In this document: in pieces, positions 1 through 8,042 of the stretch | Layout: every line of letters starts with the position of its first letter | Numbering within the stretch: position 1 is the stretch's first letter | IMG/VR virus record: IMGVR_UViG_3300009160_002016 | Coordinates: 1 to 43,097 of that record | Source: a virus | Lineage: Duplodnaviria > Caudoviricetes | Direction: 5' to 3' (one strand) | DNA: 43,097 nucleotides | Notes under the pieces: generated by a model | Databases searched by the model: none | What the model saw: only the letters and a program-made list of their open reading frames with translations | Told to the model about the DNA's origin: nothing | Program-made: the position numbers and the translations under genes

Positions 1-532
1 CCGTGCCGTAGTTGGCGAAGGCGTTGATGCTCGAATGATGCGAGTGGAGTTGGCGTCGGCCCGTCTCGCGTGGAGACAAAAGCCCAATCTTGCCGTCGCC
101 GGTCTGGTATTCGACATCGCCCGCGATGCGCTCAATCGCGAAGTCGAAGAACGTCCAGCAATCGCCGTAGACCACGGCGTTGACGCTGTTGGCCGTGCCG
201 CGATACGGATAGAGGACGGTGGACCGGTCAACCACCTCGTTCCAAGTGTTGTCGCCCGCGATCAGGACCGTGGAGCCGCGCATTGCGTCCGTGAAGACTT
301 CGGCGCTAGCCGTGTTGCCGCCCGGTTCAAACACGCACGTTACCGCCTGCGGGTAGGTCGTGGCGAACGTCGCCCGGGTCCGCTTGTAGATCGACGGGGC
401 CAACTCGAACCAAAGCTGAACCGATGCCGTGAGGGCGTTGGCCAAGATCAGCCGGTGATTGATCGACGCGCCATCTAGGGACTTGATGTCCGTGAGGTCA
501 AGGACGCTCTGGATGGCTTGCGTGGATGTCAT
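1..532 (-). CDS. Putative virion adaptor/tail-tubular-like protein, truncated by the window edge
   Basis: Absent from the ORF track because it runs off the left end. Translated by hand from ATG at 532 (ATGA overlap with the stop at 529-531): MTSTQAIQSVLDLTDIKSLDGASINHRLILANALTASVQLWFELAPSIYKRTRATF..., open to position 1. Its N-terminal pattern resembles the neighbouring adaptor-like gene. Confidence 0.6.
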   Translation of the reverse strand, partial: MTSTQAIQSVLDLTDIKSLDGASINHRLILANALTASVQLWFELAPSIYKRTRATFATTYPQAVTCVFEPGGNTASAEVFTDAMRGSTVLIAGDNTWNEVVDRSTVLYPYRGTANSVNAVVYGDCWTFFDFAIERIAGDVEYQTGDGKIGLLSPRETGRRQLHSHHSSINAFANYGT

Positions 533-1212
533 GCCGCCTCCCGCTTGGCTGATGCCGGTTGAATGATCCCAAGCCCCGCGCGGGCCGCTTCCGCTTCCCG
601 GGTGATCTGCGCGGCGATGTCTTGCCTGTAAAAGTTGGCCGTGGCCATCATCGCCTCTTTGGCCAACGGCAGGATGTAGAGTTCGATGTATCCGTTCATC
701 CCGTGCATCACCGCCGCGTCGTCTTCGAGGTCGCACGCGGAGTAGCGCGGAGCCTTGACGTTGGCGTTGTAGTCGATGGTGCGGATTGCGCTCGGTGTCG
801 GCGCGACCAACATCGTGAGCGTGATGGCCTCGGCTTCCGTGTGGGCGGCGTTGGTCGGCTTCAGGAAGTAGTATTGAGGCGTGCCGGTGGTTGCTAGATC
901 CAGCCCGAATCGAGCGTTGAGCCCAAAGAAATCACCCTCCTCTTGGATTTCCGTGAGCGGCAACCCAGCGCATCGCACCGGGGCCGCGACCTCCATCACC
1001 TCGGCGGGCAACGTGTAGCTGAACTGACTGACGACGGTCGAGATCGTGAAATCCCGTGTCCGGTAAACATCCGACTTCGGAGAGTTCCAGGCGGTCTGAT
1101 AGGCCAGGTTGGTCGCGGCGGCCATGCTCTGGTGCAGCATGTTGGAAGCGGTCGTAGACTGCTGATTGGCAGTCCCCCAAAGCACCAGGTTTTTAAACTC
1201 CAGCCGCGTCAC
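529..1212 (-). CDS. Putative phage head-tail adaptor protein
   Basis: Likely start is GTG at 1212 (promoter-like TTGCGC-17-AACAAT just upstream). Motifs 'YTLP', 'TGTPQYYF' and 'VAPTPS' plus a helical C-terminus are typical of podovirus adaptor/tubular-A-like proteins. Confidence 0.6.
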   Translation of the reverse strand: MTRLEFKNLVLWGTANQQSTTASNMLHQSMAAATNLAYQTAWNSPKSDVYRTRDFTISTVVSQFSYTLPAEVMEVAAPVRCAGLPLTEIQEEGDFFGLNARFGLDLATTGTPQYYFLKPTNAAHTEAEAITLTMLVAPTPSAIRTIDYNANVKAPRYSACDLEDDAAVMHGMNGYIELYILPLAKEAMMATANFYRQDIAAQITREAEAARAGLGIIQPASAKREAA

Positions 1213-1256
1213 GTTTTGATTGTTCGCACGAATTGACCTTCGCGCAAGGCCAATAA

Positions 1257-1640
1257 TCAACAGGAGAGGCCGGAACCCGTCGCGTAGGGGCCGGGGTTGA
1301 TGATCTGGAGCCGACACTTCACCCTCACAACGGCATGGCCTTTAACCGTGCTGGTCGTCGTGACGGGTTGCTTGGTCGTTGCGGTCGTGATTTGCTGTTG
1401 CGGGACAGTCTGAACCTGCGTCCGAGTCGTCGGATCGGCAATCGTGGTTTGCTTCTCGATCCCGCCCGGCTTTCTGCGCGTCGTCGCAATATCCGTGGCC
1501 TGCCCGCGATTCTCGGAGTTGGTCCGCGTGCTGGAACTGCTGCCAGTGCTAACGCCTCCGGTGTCGGTTTGCACCTGCCCCTTGCCCGCTCCGGCTTGGG
1601 TCTCGCGCTTGGTCAATTCAAATCCTTCGGGTGCTGCCAT
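1257..1640 (-). CDS. Thr/Gln-rich hypothetical protein
   Basis: 127-aa ORF, co-oriented, starting 1 nt after the upstream gene's stop. Confidence 0.65.
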   Translation of the reverse strand: MAAPEGFELTKRETQAGAGKGQVQTDTGGVSTGSSSSTRTNSENRGQATDIATTRRKPGGIEKQTTIADPTTRTQVQTVPQQQITTATTKQPVTTTSTVKGHAVVRVKCRLQIINPGPYATGSGLSC

Positions 1641-1641
1641 A

Positions 1642-2130
1642 TTACGCGATCTCCGTGTAGGTCATGCTCTCAGTCGTCGAATCCGAACCTGTGCTGGTAA
1701 CGGTGGACTCGCTGTTGGGGTGGTTTGCGGTCTGCGATCCCGTCTCGGTCTGCGTGCCAGATACGGTTTGTGCCCCTCGAATCGTGGTTTGCTCGGTCAC
1801 CACGTCAGCGCCCGTCACCTCAGAGTTTTGCACGGTCCTCTCCTCCAATGTGGTGGTCACCGTCGTCGTGATCAGCTCGTTCTCGGTGCGGGTCTCACTG
1901 GATTCCGAAACCGGCGTCAGCTCGGTGGAGACTACGTCAAACGCGTTGAGCTGAACCAAGAAGTCAAACTCGCAATCAACGTAGCTGCGTCCGGTCTCAT
2001 CGACGAAAAACTGGATCTGGATGCCGTGGTTCGTCGCCGCCGCGATCATCCCGGCCTTGGTCGATTCCGCGAACTGGTCAATGAACGAGGTCCATTGCGC
2101 TGGGGTGATTGCGGATGGTTCGAGGGCCAC
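1642..2130 (-). CDS. Thr/Glu-rich hypothetical protein
   Basis: 162-aa ORF with an N-terminal helix followed by long S/T/E/V-rich strands. Confidence 0.65.
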   Translation of the reverse strand: MALEPSAITPAQWTSFIDQFAESTKAGMIAAATNHGIQIQFFVDETGRSYVDCEFDFLVQLNAFDVVSTELTPVSESSETRTENELITTTVTTTLEERTVQNSEVTGADVVTEQTTIRGAQTVSGTQTETGSQTANHPNSESTVTSTGSDSTTESMTYTEIA

Positions 2131-2209
2131 GCCCCATCGTCCCCTTACCCGCGCGAGTTGCGAGAATGTTCAACCGTTGCGGTTTGCGGCGGTTGCGGGT
2201 TGTGCCAAA

Positions 2210-2758
2210 TCAAAACGGCCTTTGCGCTTTGGGCGTCCAATCAGGAAACCCGGCGTCCGCGTCTCCCGGCTCCTCAAGGTCGAGAATCCCGACGCGCAAC
2301 CGGTCGGCGATCTCTGCGGAGGTCAGGCTGTATTCGGGCGGATACCCCGGGTGTGTGAGGTCTTCGTTCGCATTCCTCAGAGTGAAAGGCTTGCGGCTGG
2401 CTGTGTCGCAATCAAGGCGTTGCGAGTGTGCGTCCTTGCCATCGTCGCAGTGCGCCTTGTAGGGGCCGCTGTGCCCTGCGTTGACTGTGAGCCACTCCCT
2501 TACGCCAGCCCATTGCTCGACCTGGGCGGGGGTCATAAGTTCGATGCCGGTCTCAAGGAGTCTGGCAACCTCCGCAGAATACGCCATCTCGCGGTCAACC
2601 TCGGCGCGGAACTCCCTAAGCTTTGCGTCGATGTCGCGGGAGAGCCGCAACGCTCTTTGGTTGACCGTCCACGCCAGTCCAAAGCAAACTCCGGCGACGG
2701 CGCAAATCATGGTTTCGATGTGGTCCCAGGCGAAGTCTAGGATGGCTTGCATGGTCAT
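2210..2758 (-). CDS. Hypothetical protein with an N-terminal hydrophobic segment
   Basis: 182 aa, ATGA-coupled to the upstream gene; hydrophobic stretch MICAVAGVCFGLAW. Confidence 0.65.
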   Translation of the reverse strand: MTMQAILDFAWDHIETMICAVAGVCFGLAWTVNQRALRLSRDIDAKLREFRAEVDREMAYSAEVARLLETGIELMTPAQVEQWAGVREWLTVNAGHSGPYKAHCDDGKDAHSQRLDCDTASRKPFTLRNANEDLTHPGYPPEYSLTSAEIADRLRVGILDLEEPGDADAGFPDWTPKAQRPF

Positions 2759-3042
2759 GAAATCAATTCGGGTTGCTCCTCGATTTTCGGGGAGCAGTTC
2801 CCCGAATTTGCGGCCTTTGCTGCCGCTTTGTCTTCTCTCGAAAGCGCTTTGACGACATCGGCCCGGACCAGTTCATCGGTGGGCGGCACGTAGCTGTAAT
2901 GCGCTCCATTGAAGACGCATCCGCCGTAGTGACGGCATGGGCTCAACTGCCCGCGACTCACGCCCTGAATGATGTATGGCGTCTTCCGGTCCAGCTTTTG
3001 AACCGCTTTGGCTTCGGCGGCGCGTTCGGCGTAGGGTTGCAT
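2755..3042 (-). CDS. Hypothetical phage protein
   Basis: 95 aa, ATGA overlap with the downstream gene. Confidence 0.65.
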   Translation of the reverse strand: MQPYAERAAEAKAVQKLDRKTPYIIQGVSRGQLSPCRHYGGCVFNGAHYSYVPPTDELVRADVVKALSREDKAAAKAANSGNCSPKIEEQPELIS

Positions 3043-3079
3043 GGTTGTGTCAGGAAAGATAATCGTTTCGCGTTACCGG

Positions 3080-3322
3080 TCAATCCCAGGTCGGGACATT
3101 ATCGGAGCAAAGGGCCGCATCCACTGCATCAAGCACAATCTGCGTGGCGCTCGGCCCTTCGTCGAAGCGGTAATGATGGCAGTTCGGGCAAATCCGAAAC
3201 GTCGCTTTGTCCAAGTATCGGCGGCTCACGATCGAGAAACATCCGTTGCAGTGGGCGAACTTCTGCGGGGCCTTGCGGATGACGGTCGCCTTGGCGTGAC
3301 GTTCGGCCTCGCGGTCGGTCAT
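3080..3322 (-). CDS. Small zinc-ribbon protein
   Basis: ATG at 3322 overlaps the upstream stop; cysteine pairs CNGC and CPNC. Confidence 0.6.
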   Translation of the reverse strand: MTDREAERHAKATVIRKAPQKFAHCNGCFSIVSRRYLDKATFRICPNCHHYRFDEGPSATQIVLDAVDAALCSDNVPTWD

Positions 3323-3564
3323 TGGGCAAGCCTCCAAAGCATCTTGTCCTTGGCAACAACCCCCTGCTTTTTCAACCAGTCCAGCTCCAGCCGGACCATC
3401 ATTCTCAGGCCGGTCTCGCCGTTGGCTTTCTCGTATGCCACGGTCCCGACCTTGTCCGCGATGGGTCCGATGGCGAGAGGGCCGGACTTCAGGGCTTCGC
3501 GGATCGCGTGGTGAACCTTGGCCTTTACGGCCATGAGTCGGCGGCTTCGGGGGCGGGTCTTCAT
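3319..3564 (-). CDS. Small basic protein, possible winged helix
   Basis: 81 aa; 'IREALKSGPLAIGPIADKV...LDWLKKQGVVAKDKMLWRLA' fits a wHTH-like pattern. Confidence 0.55.
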   Translation of the reverse strand: MKTRPRSRRLMAVKAKVHHAIREALKSGPLAIGPIADKVGTVAYEKANGETGLRMMVRLELDWLKKQGVVAKDKMLWRLAQ

Positions 3565-3626
3565 TCGTCGTAATCTTCCAAGTCGTCCTCGAATGGATCG
3601 GGAACGGAGTTCTGTTTGTCGGTCAT
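3561..3626 (-). CDS. 21-aa acidic microprotein MTDKQNSVPDPFEDDLEDYDE
   Basis: Fills the gap between two genes exactly, with ATGA overlaps at both ends (3623-3626 and 3561-3564). Confidence 0.6.
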   Translation of the reverse strand: MTDKQNSVPDPFEDDLEDYDE

Positions 3627-3847
3627 TCCGGTTTGATTTTCAGAATCGCCCCCAGCGCCTCCCAGGCGGTCCCACGCCGGTAGTCGCTGCACATTCTTTG
3701 AAGGTCGGCGGCTTCTCTGCAACCCTCGGCGTGCGCGGCGGCCATCAACTCGCGGATCTTCGCTACGGAGATTCGCACATGGGCGGACTCGTCGGCGAAG
3801 GCGGGGTTTGAGGCTTGCGTAGCCTCCCAGTAGGTCGAGGCATTCAT
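3623..3847 (-). CDS. Hypothetical protein
   Basis: 74 aa, ATGA-coupled on both sides. Confidence 0.6.
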   Translation of the reverse strand: MNASTYWEATQASNPAFADESAHVRISVAKIRELMAAAHAEGCREAADLQRMCSDYRRGTAWEALGAILKIKPE

Positions 3848-5037
3848 GATGGCAGGGCGCTTTCGTAAAGGGCCATCATGATGGGCTGGATCGACCCATC
3901 TGGATTAACATTGTCGAACGGATCCGAGGCCAGTTGTTCCGTGCCGTCCCAGCCGCGCGGCCATGTGTTTGCCTCAATTAGTTCGATGATCCGCGCTTCT
4001 TCATCTGCGTTGATCAGATCCACTCCAGCGCGGGCTTGGATGTCCCTCACTTTTGCCAAACCGTAGCGGCGGGCGTCCATGGTCAGCGGCCCCATACGGC
4101 ACGGGTTTGCTACCAAAGAGCCATCCTTGCGCGTCTCGGTGCCGTCCTTGCGAATTCGATTGCGCGGGAGTTTGAGTTCAGCGTAAAGGGGGCGCAGCTC
4201 CATCAGCGGCGCGTAGCCCGCCCATTGCGGGCGCCGGATGATCTGCTCCAGCGCGAAATCGCGACTAGCCAAATTGCATCCCACGCAGCCCGTTCTCGCG
4301 TGAGTTTCCAGATTCTCGTCCTGCCCGTAAACGGCGGCAATCAGTTTGGTCGAGAATCCATGATCCATGCCCGCCGGGGTCATGCCTGTGAGCCAGTCCC
4401 ATACTTGACACAAGCGCCAGTGGAGAATCGGGGCCAGAGTGTCGGCCACAGCTTCCGGTGTAGATTCTTGGAACCATCCCTGGCCGCACTCTGTGTTGTT
4501 TTTTCCGCACGAAACTGCGATTCGGGCGTCCCGTGCAGCACTTTCGCCGACCCTCACGCCGGTCAGCATGAGTAGCTTCTTTCCGTGAGCTTCTCGCAGA
4601 TCCTTGAGCGCAGCCACCATAGGCTCAATTTTGAGCTGAGCGGTACACCAACGGAACGTGTTCGAAGGAGGCGGCACCCCACGGCCCAGCATGTAGACAA
4701 AAAACCGATCATCCATTTCCGGCCAGACCAGCCTAGCCTCGTGTCCTCGGTCCCGCGTTTCCTGCATGACGGTCATCGCCGTAGAAAACAGCGGCGGCAT
4801 TTCCATGCGTGTGTCGCTCATGAGCACCGTCAGACTCTTTGGGGCTTTGACTTGTCGTGTCTCAATCAGCCAGCACACGACGGAAACGACAGTCGCGGAA
4901 TCCTTGCCGCCAGAAAACGCGATAGCCCAGTGGTCGTAGTCGGCCCCGAAGGAGTTCAGCGAAGCGGCGGTGACCTCGATAGAATAACTCAAGGACGTTC
5001 GATCGTTGTCGAAAAGTGTTGGTTGAATCGCGCTCAT
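3844..5037 (-). CDS. PAPS-reductase-family protein, DndC-like
   Basis: PP-loop 'WAIAFSGGKDS', 'SDTRME', 'LGRGVPPPSNTFRWCTAQLKIEP', 'GVRVGES', 'APILHW...VW', 'RTGCVGC' and 'GPLT', in the same order as in DndC. Confidence 0.85.
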   Translation of the reverse strand: MSAIQPTLFDNDRTSLSYSIEVTAASLNSFGADYDHWAIAFSGGKDSATVVSVVCWLIETRQVKAPKSLTVLMSDTRMEMPPLFSTAMTVMQETRDRGHEARLVWPEMDDRFFVYMLGRGVPPPSNTFRWCTAQLKIEPMVAALKDLREAHGKKLLMLTGVRVGESAARDARIAVSCGKNNTECGQGWFQESTPEAVADTLAPILHWRLCQVWDWLTGMTPAGMDHGFSTKLIAAVYGQDENLETHARTGCVGCNLASRDFALEQIIRRPQWAGYAPLMELRPLYAELKLPRNRIRKDGTETRKDGSLVANPCRMGPLTMDARRYGLAKVRDIQARAGVDLINADEEARIIELIEANTWPRGWDGTEQLASDPFDNVNPDGSIQPIMMALYESALPS

Positions 5038-5273
5038 GACGGCAATGCAATCTCAGGCCGATACGGGTCGCACCCCGCGAATAGCTCCGCAGTGTCGCAC
5101 AACGAACGCACGTCAGCAACCCGTCGCGGCATTCCCAACCACTCGTGGAAACCAGCGTCCCAGGCGTCGCGCCTCACGTCGTCGGTGAACTCGTTCGAGT
5201 TTTTTCCCCAGCCGCATCGGGCGGCGGTTTGGCCTTGCGCGTAGGCGTCGGCTTCCATCGGTGTCATGTTCAT
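5034..5273 (-). CDS. Hypothetical protein
   Basis: 79 aa, ATGA-coupled; 'AYAQG...R.AW.AGF' pattern is common in small phage proteins. Confidence 0.6.
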   Translation of the reverse strand: MNMTPMEADAYAQGQTAARCGWGKNSNEFTDDVRRDAWDAGFHEWLGMPRRVADVRSLCDTAELFAGCDPYRPEIALPS

Positions 5274-5842
5274 AGTGTGGTGTCCTTGAGAATTTCCTTA
5301 ATGACTTCGGGTCCGTATTGCTCCTTGATCCGGTCGCAGATCATTTGCATCTGCACCTTCGCGGTTTCGTAAACAATGTCGGCAACTCCTGGTTTCAGTA
5401 GATGCGGGCGGTTCGGCGCCTCGTTGATGAACAACGAAATCTCGAACGGAGTGAAAGAGAAGCACTTGCGGGCTCGCGCACGGACCTTCGCGGCGGCGTC
5501 GATGTTGTTGCAGTCCTCGCACATCAGGGTTCTGGGGAAGCGGACGAACCGCGCGGCGATGAATAATCCGACTTGCCAATCTGACCCGTGCAAAACCTCC
5601 GCGACTCGATCCCCAAAGTGATCGTGATGCCCAACGATGATGCACGCAAGACGACCGCCTGAATCGACGCGCGAAATCTCCGGCTTGCCTCGCGAGCACC
5701 CGGGGCACTTCCAATTGAACGGGGTCGCGTAGAATGCGCCCTTGCGAATGTTCACGTCCGAGCACCCGGCCGCGTCCATCATTTCTTGGAGAAGCGCCTC
5801 GTTGCGTTCCTGCCAGTGCTTGTTTGGTTGGTCAGCGATCAC
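5270..5842 (-). CDS. His-Me finger (HNH/endonuclease VII-like) protein
   Basis: CPGC ... HHDH ... CEDCNN motif order. Confidence 0.55.
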   Translation of the reverse strand: MIADQPNKHWQERNEALLQEMMDAAGCSDVNIRKGAFYATPFNWKCPGCSRGKPEISRVDSGGRLACIIVGHHDHFGDRVAEVLHGSDWQVGLFIAARFVRFPRTLMCEDCNNIDAAAKVRARARKCFSFTPFEISLFINEAPNRPHLLKPGVADIVYETAKVQMQMICDRIKEQYGPEVIKEILKDTTL

Positions 5843-6726
5843 AGTTTCGGTGGGTCAAAGTAGATACAGCTCTGGCGGGACGCCTTGCTGCCGGGCTTAT
5901 TGAGGTTCGCGTATCTCCACCCATCGGGAAGCCGAAACACTTGATGCGGTTGCCAGGCGGCCTTGTCGCCTCCCAGCTTACAGACCAGCTCGATGAACTG
6001 GCGGACGGCGGCGCTCGGTTTGTTTTCGACTAGGAACCATCCGTGATACCCTTTGCCTCCGCTCCACACGACGGCGACCAGCGGTGCGTAGTTGCGCAGG
6101 AAGTTAATCCGGCGGAGGTGCTGGTCCGGGGCATCCTGATCGAAATCCGCCACCACGTAGCGACGGTGAACCACCCCGTTCTTGGATCGTTGCGAGGGCT
6201 TGCCGTCGTCGGTCGTTCCGCCCTCCGGTTTCATTGGGCTCGGGACCACGAACGAATGCGCCGAGGTGTCCTCGGGTAAGGCACTCATTGGATGCAGCTT
6301 GGCTTCGTAGAGATGCTCTCGGGCCAAGCAAATCGTCTCGTCGGGCCGGAACAACCTCCGAAGGATCGCTCGCGTCCTTGCCTGTCCGTCCATTTGAATC
6401 GGCGATTGATCCATGAAATCCGCCCCGCTGATTTCATATCGGTCGTCGATTTGAGCACAGAGACTTGAGTCTGCCGTCGTGAACTGCTCGTAGCCGTCCG
6501 AGGATAGCTTCAGGGCCTCGGATCGTTGCAAAGCCCGGTCAATCTCAAAGTCACGTACCTGGCGCCCGCAACCAGCCACTGCGTTGCGCAGAACCTGCTT
6601 GGCTTGGTCGTGGGACATGAACGCTTTCAACTTTCCGGCCATGCCGTAGATCCAAAGGTTCACTCCGCCTCCACTGGTGGGGCATCCACTCAGTTGTTGG
6701 TTGAGCCAGTCGGGTGGGTTCGTCAT
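5839..6726 (-). CDS. Archaeo-eukaryotic primase superfamily (RepB'-like) primase
   Basis: Motif I 'VVADFD', motif II 'SGGKGYHGWF' and 'D...QVFRLP'; directly downstream of the helicase. Confidence 0.75.
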   Translation of the reverse strand: MTNPPDWLNQQLSGCPTSGGGVNLWIYGMAGKLKAFMSHDQAKQVLRNAVAGCGRQVRDFEIDRALQRSEALKLSSDGYEQFTTADSSLCAQIDDRYEISGADFMDQSPIQMDGQARTRAILRRLFRPDETICLAREHLYEAKLHPMSALPEDTSAHSFVVPSPMKPEGGTTDDGKPSQRSKNGVVHRRYVVADFDQDAPDQHLRRINFLRNYAPLVAVVWSGGKGYHGWFLVENKPSAAVRQFIELVCKLGGDKAAWQPHQVFRLPDGWRYANLNKPGSKASRQSCIYFDPPKL

Positions 6727-8042
6727 GCGCGTTCCTCGTAGTCCATGGTTTCGCCGTTGAATCCAAGTTTGACCTCTCCGATTCTCCCCGCCCGATTTTT
6801 GGCCACGTCAAGCAACAGCGGCATGACCCCGGTATCCTCGTAGGTGCCCTCGCCCTCCTCAGGCGATCTCCGACTTAGGAGAATGACGATGTTCGCGTTT
6901 GCCTCCAAGCCACCGGACTCGCGGAGGTCTGACAACCTTGGCTTGCGGTCGTCCTTGCTCGCCGATCGGCTCAACTGCGCCAGGCAAATGATCGTCACGT
7001 TTAGCTCTTTCGCGATCACCTTTAGCTCGCGCGATAGGTCGTCGAGTTCTTGAACGCGGTTCTCGCGCCGGTCGGTGCGAAGGAGTTGGATGTAGTCGAT
7101 AAAAACCACGCGGACGTGATTGATGCGGACTTGGCGCCGGATCATGCTGCGCAGGCGCCCCGCGTTCGTGTCGGGCGAATCATCGCAGAACAACGTCGCT
7201 TTCTCGGAGTGCTCCTTTTGCTGCGCGAGTAGGGACTTTTGGCGCCAGCTTTCCATCTCCTCAATCTTGCGCATCGACATCAACGTCTCCATCGGGATGC
7301 CGGTTTCCCGGGCCAAGATCCTAGCCTCAACCTCGCCCGCCGTCATTTCAATCGAGATGATCAGCACCGGCACGGCAGGCTTTATCCCTGGCGTGTAGTT
7401 CTTTTGCGAGGTCATCCATGACGCCATCGCGGTCAGGAGGGCGCTTTTTCCAACGCCGGTATAGGCCCCGATAATGATCATTTGACCCGGTCGGAATCCG
7501 CCGCCCGTCAGATTGTCAACCTCTTGGAATCCAGTGGAAATCGGTTGCTTGGACCGGCTTTCCAGTTCGTCCAGATAGGCCATCACCATGCCACGCCCGT
7601 CTTGGACTGTGTCGCGTTTGCCGATAGCGAGAGATTCCGCAAGCCGTGCAATGTCTGCGCTGAGTCGCTCCACGACGGTCTCAGGGTCGTCCACCGCAAA
7701 CGGATCGTTGAGGATGCCATATCGCGCCGTCAGCTCGAACACCGCCAGCTTAATTCGCTCGGCCCGCACGGCGTCGCGGTGCATGTCGTAGGCCGCCCAC
7801 TGAACGTCGGTGCATCGCGCGTCTTCGATCAACGAAAGCGCCGCCTCGTTGTCTTTCAGTACATGGCGCAAAGCCGGAACATCTGGGGCGCATCCGTGCT
7901 TTGCTTTGAGCCCGTGCATGGTCTCGACCACACGTCGAACAGTGCCGCTGAACTCAATCCGGTCCTCCTCGAACCGATCCAGCCATGTGTCATCGCGCAG
8001 CGCCAGGGCAACCAGCGCCAACTCGGAAGGATGGGCGTTCAT
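6723..8042 (-). CDS. dnaB: Replicative DNA helicase, DnaB family
   Basis: 'ISTGFQEVDNLTGGGFRPG', Walker A 'GAYTGVGKS', 'SIEM', 'IDYIQL', 'LAQLSR', 'SDLRESGGLE' and 'AKNRAG'. Start at 8042 overlaps the upstream stop. Confidence 0.95.
   Translation of the reverse strand: MNAHPSELALVALALRDDTWLDRFEEDRIEFSGTVRRVVETMHGLKAKHGCAPDVPALRHVLKDNEAALSLIEDARCTDVQWAAYDMHRDAVRAERIKLAVFELTARYGILNDPFAVDDPETVVERLSADIARLAESLAIGKRDTVQDGRGMVMAYLDELESRSKQPISTGFQEVDNLTGGGFRPGQMIIIGAYTGVGKSALLTAMASWMTSQKNYTPGIKPAVPVLIISIEMTAGEVEARILARETGIPMETLMSMRKIEEMESWRQKSLLAQQKEHSEKATLFCDDSPDTNAGRLRSMIRRQVRINHVRVVFIDYIQLLRTDRRENRVQELDDLSRELKVIAKELNVTIICLAQLSRSASKDDRKPRLSDLRESGGLEANANIVILLSRRSPEEGEGTYEDTGVMPLLLDVAKNRAGRIGEVKLGFNGETMDYEERA

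Noticed and set aside
3844-5037. Complete Dnd phosphorothioation system, or cysH as a sulfur-assimilation auxiliary gene
   Set aside because: No dndB/D/E or cysteine desulfurase neighbours, and the motifs are DndC-like rather than CysH-like; no gene symbol assigned.
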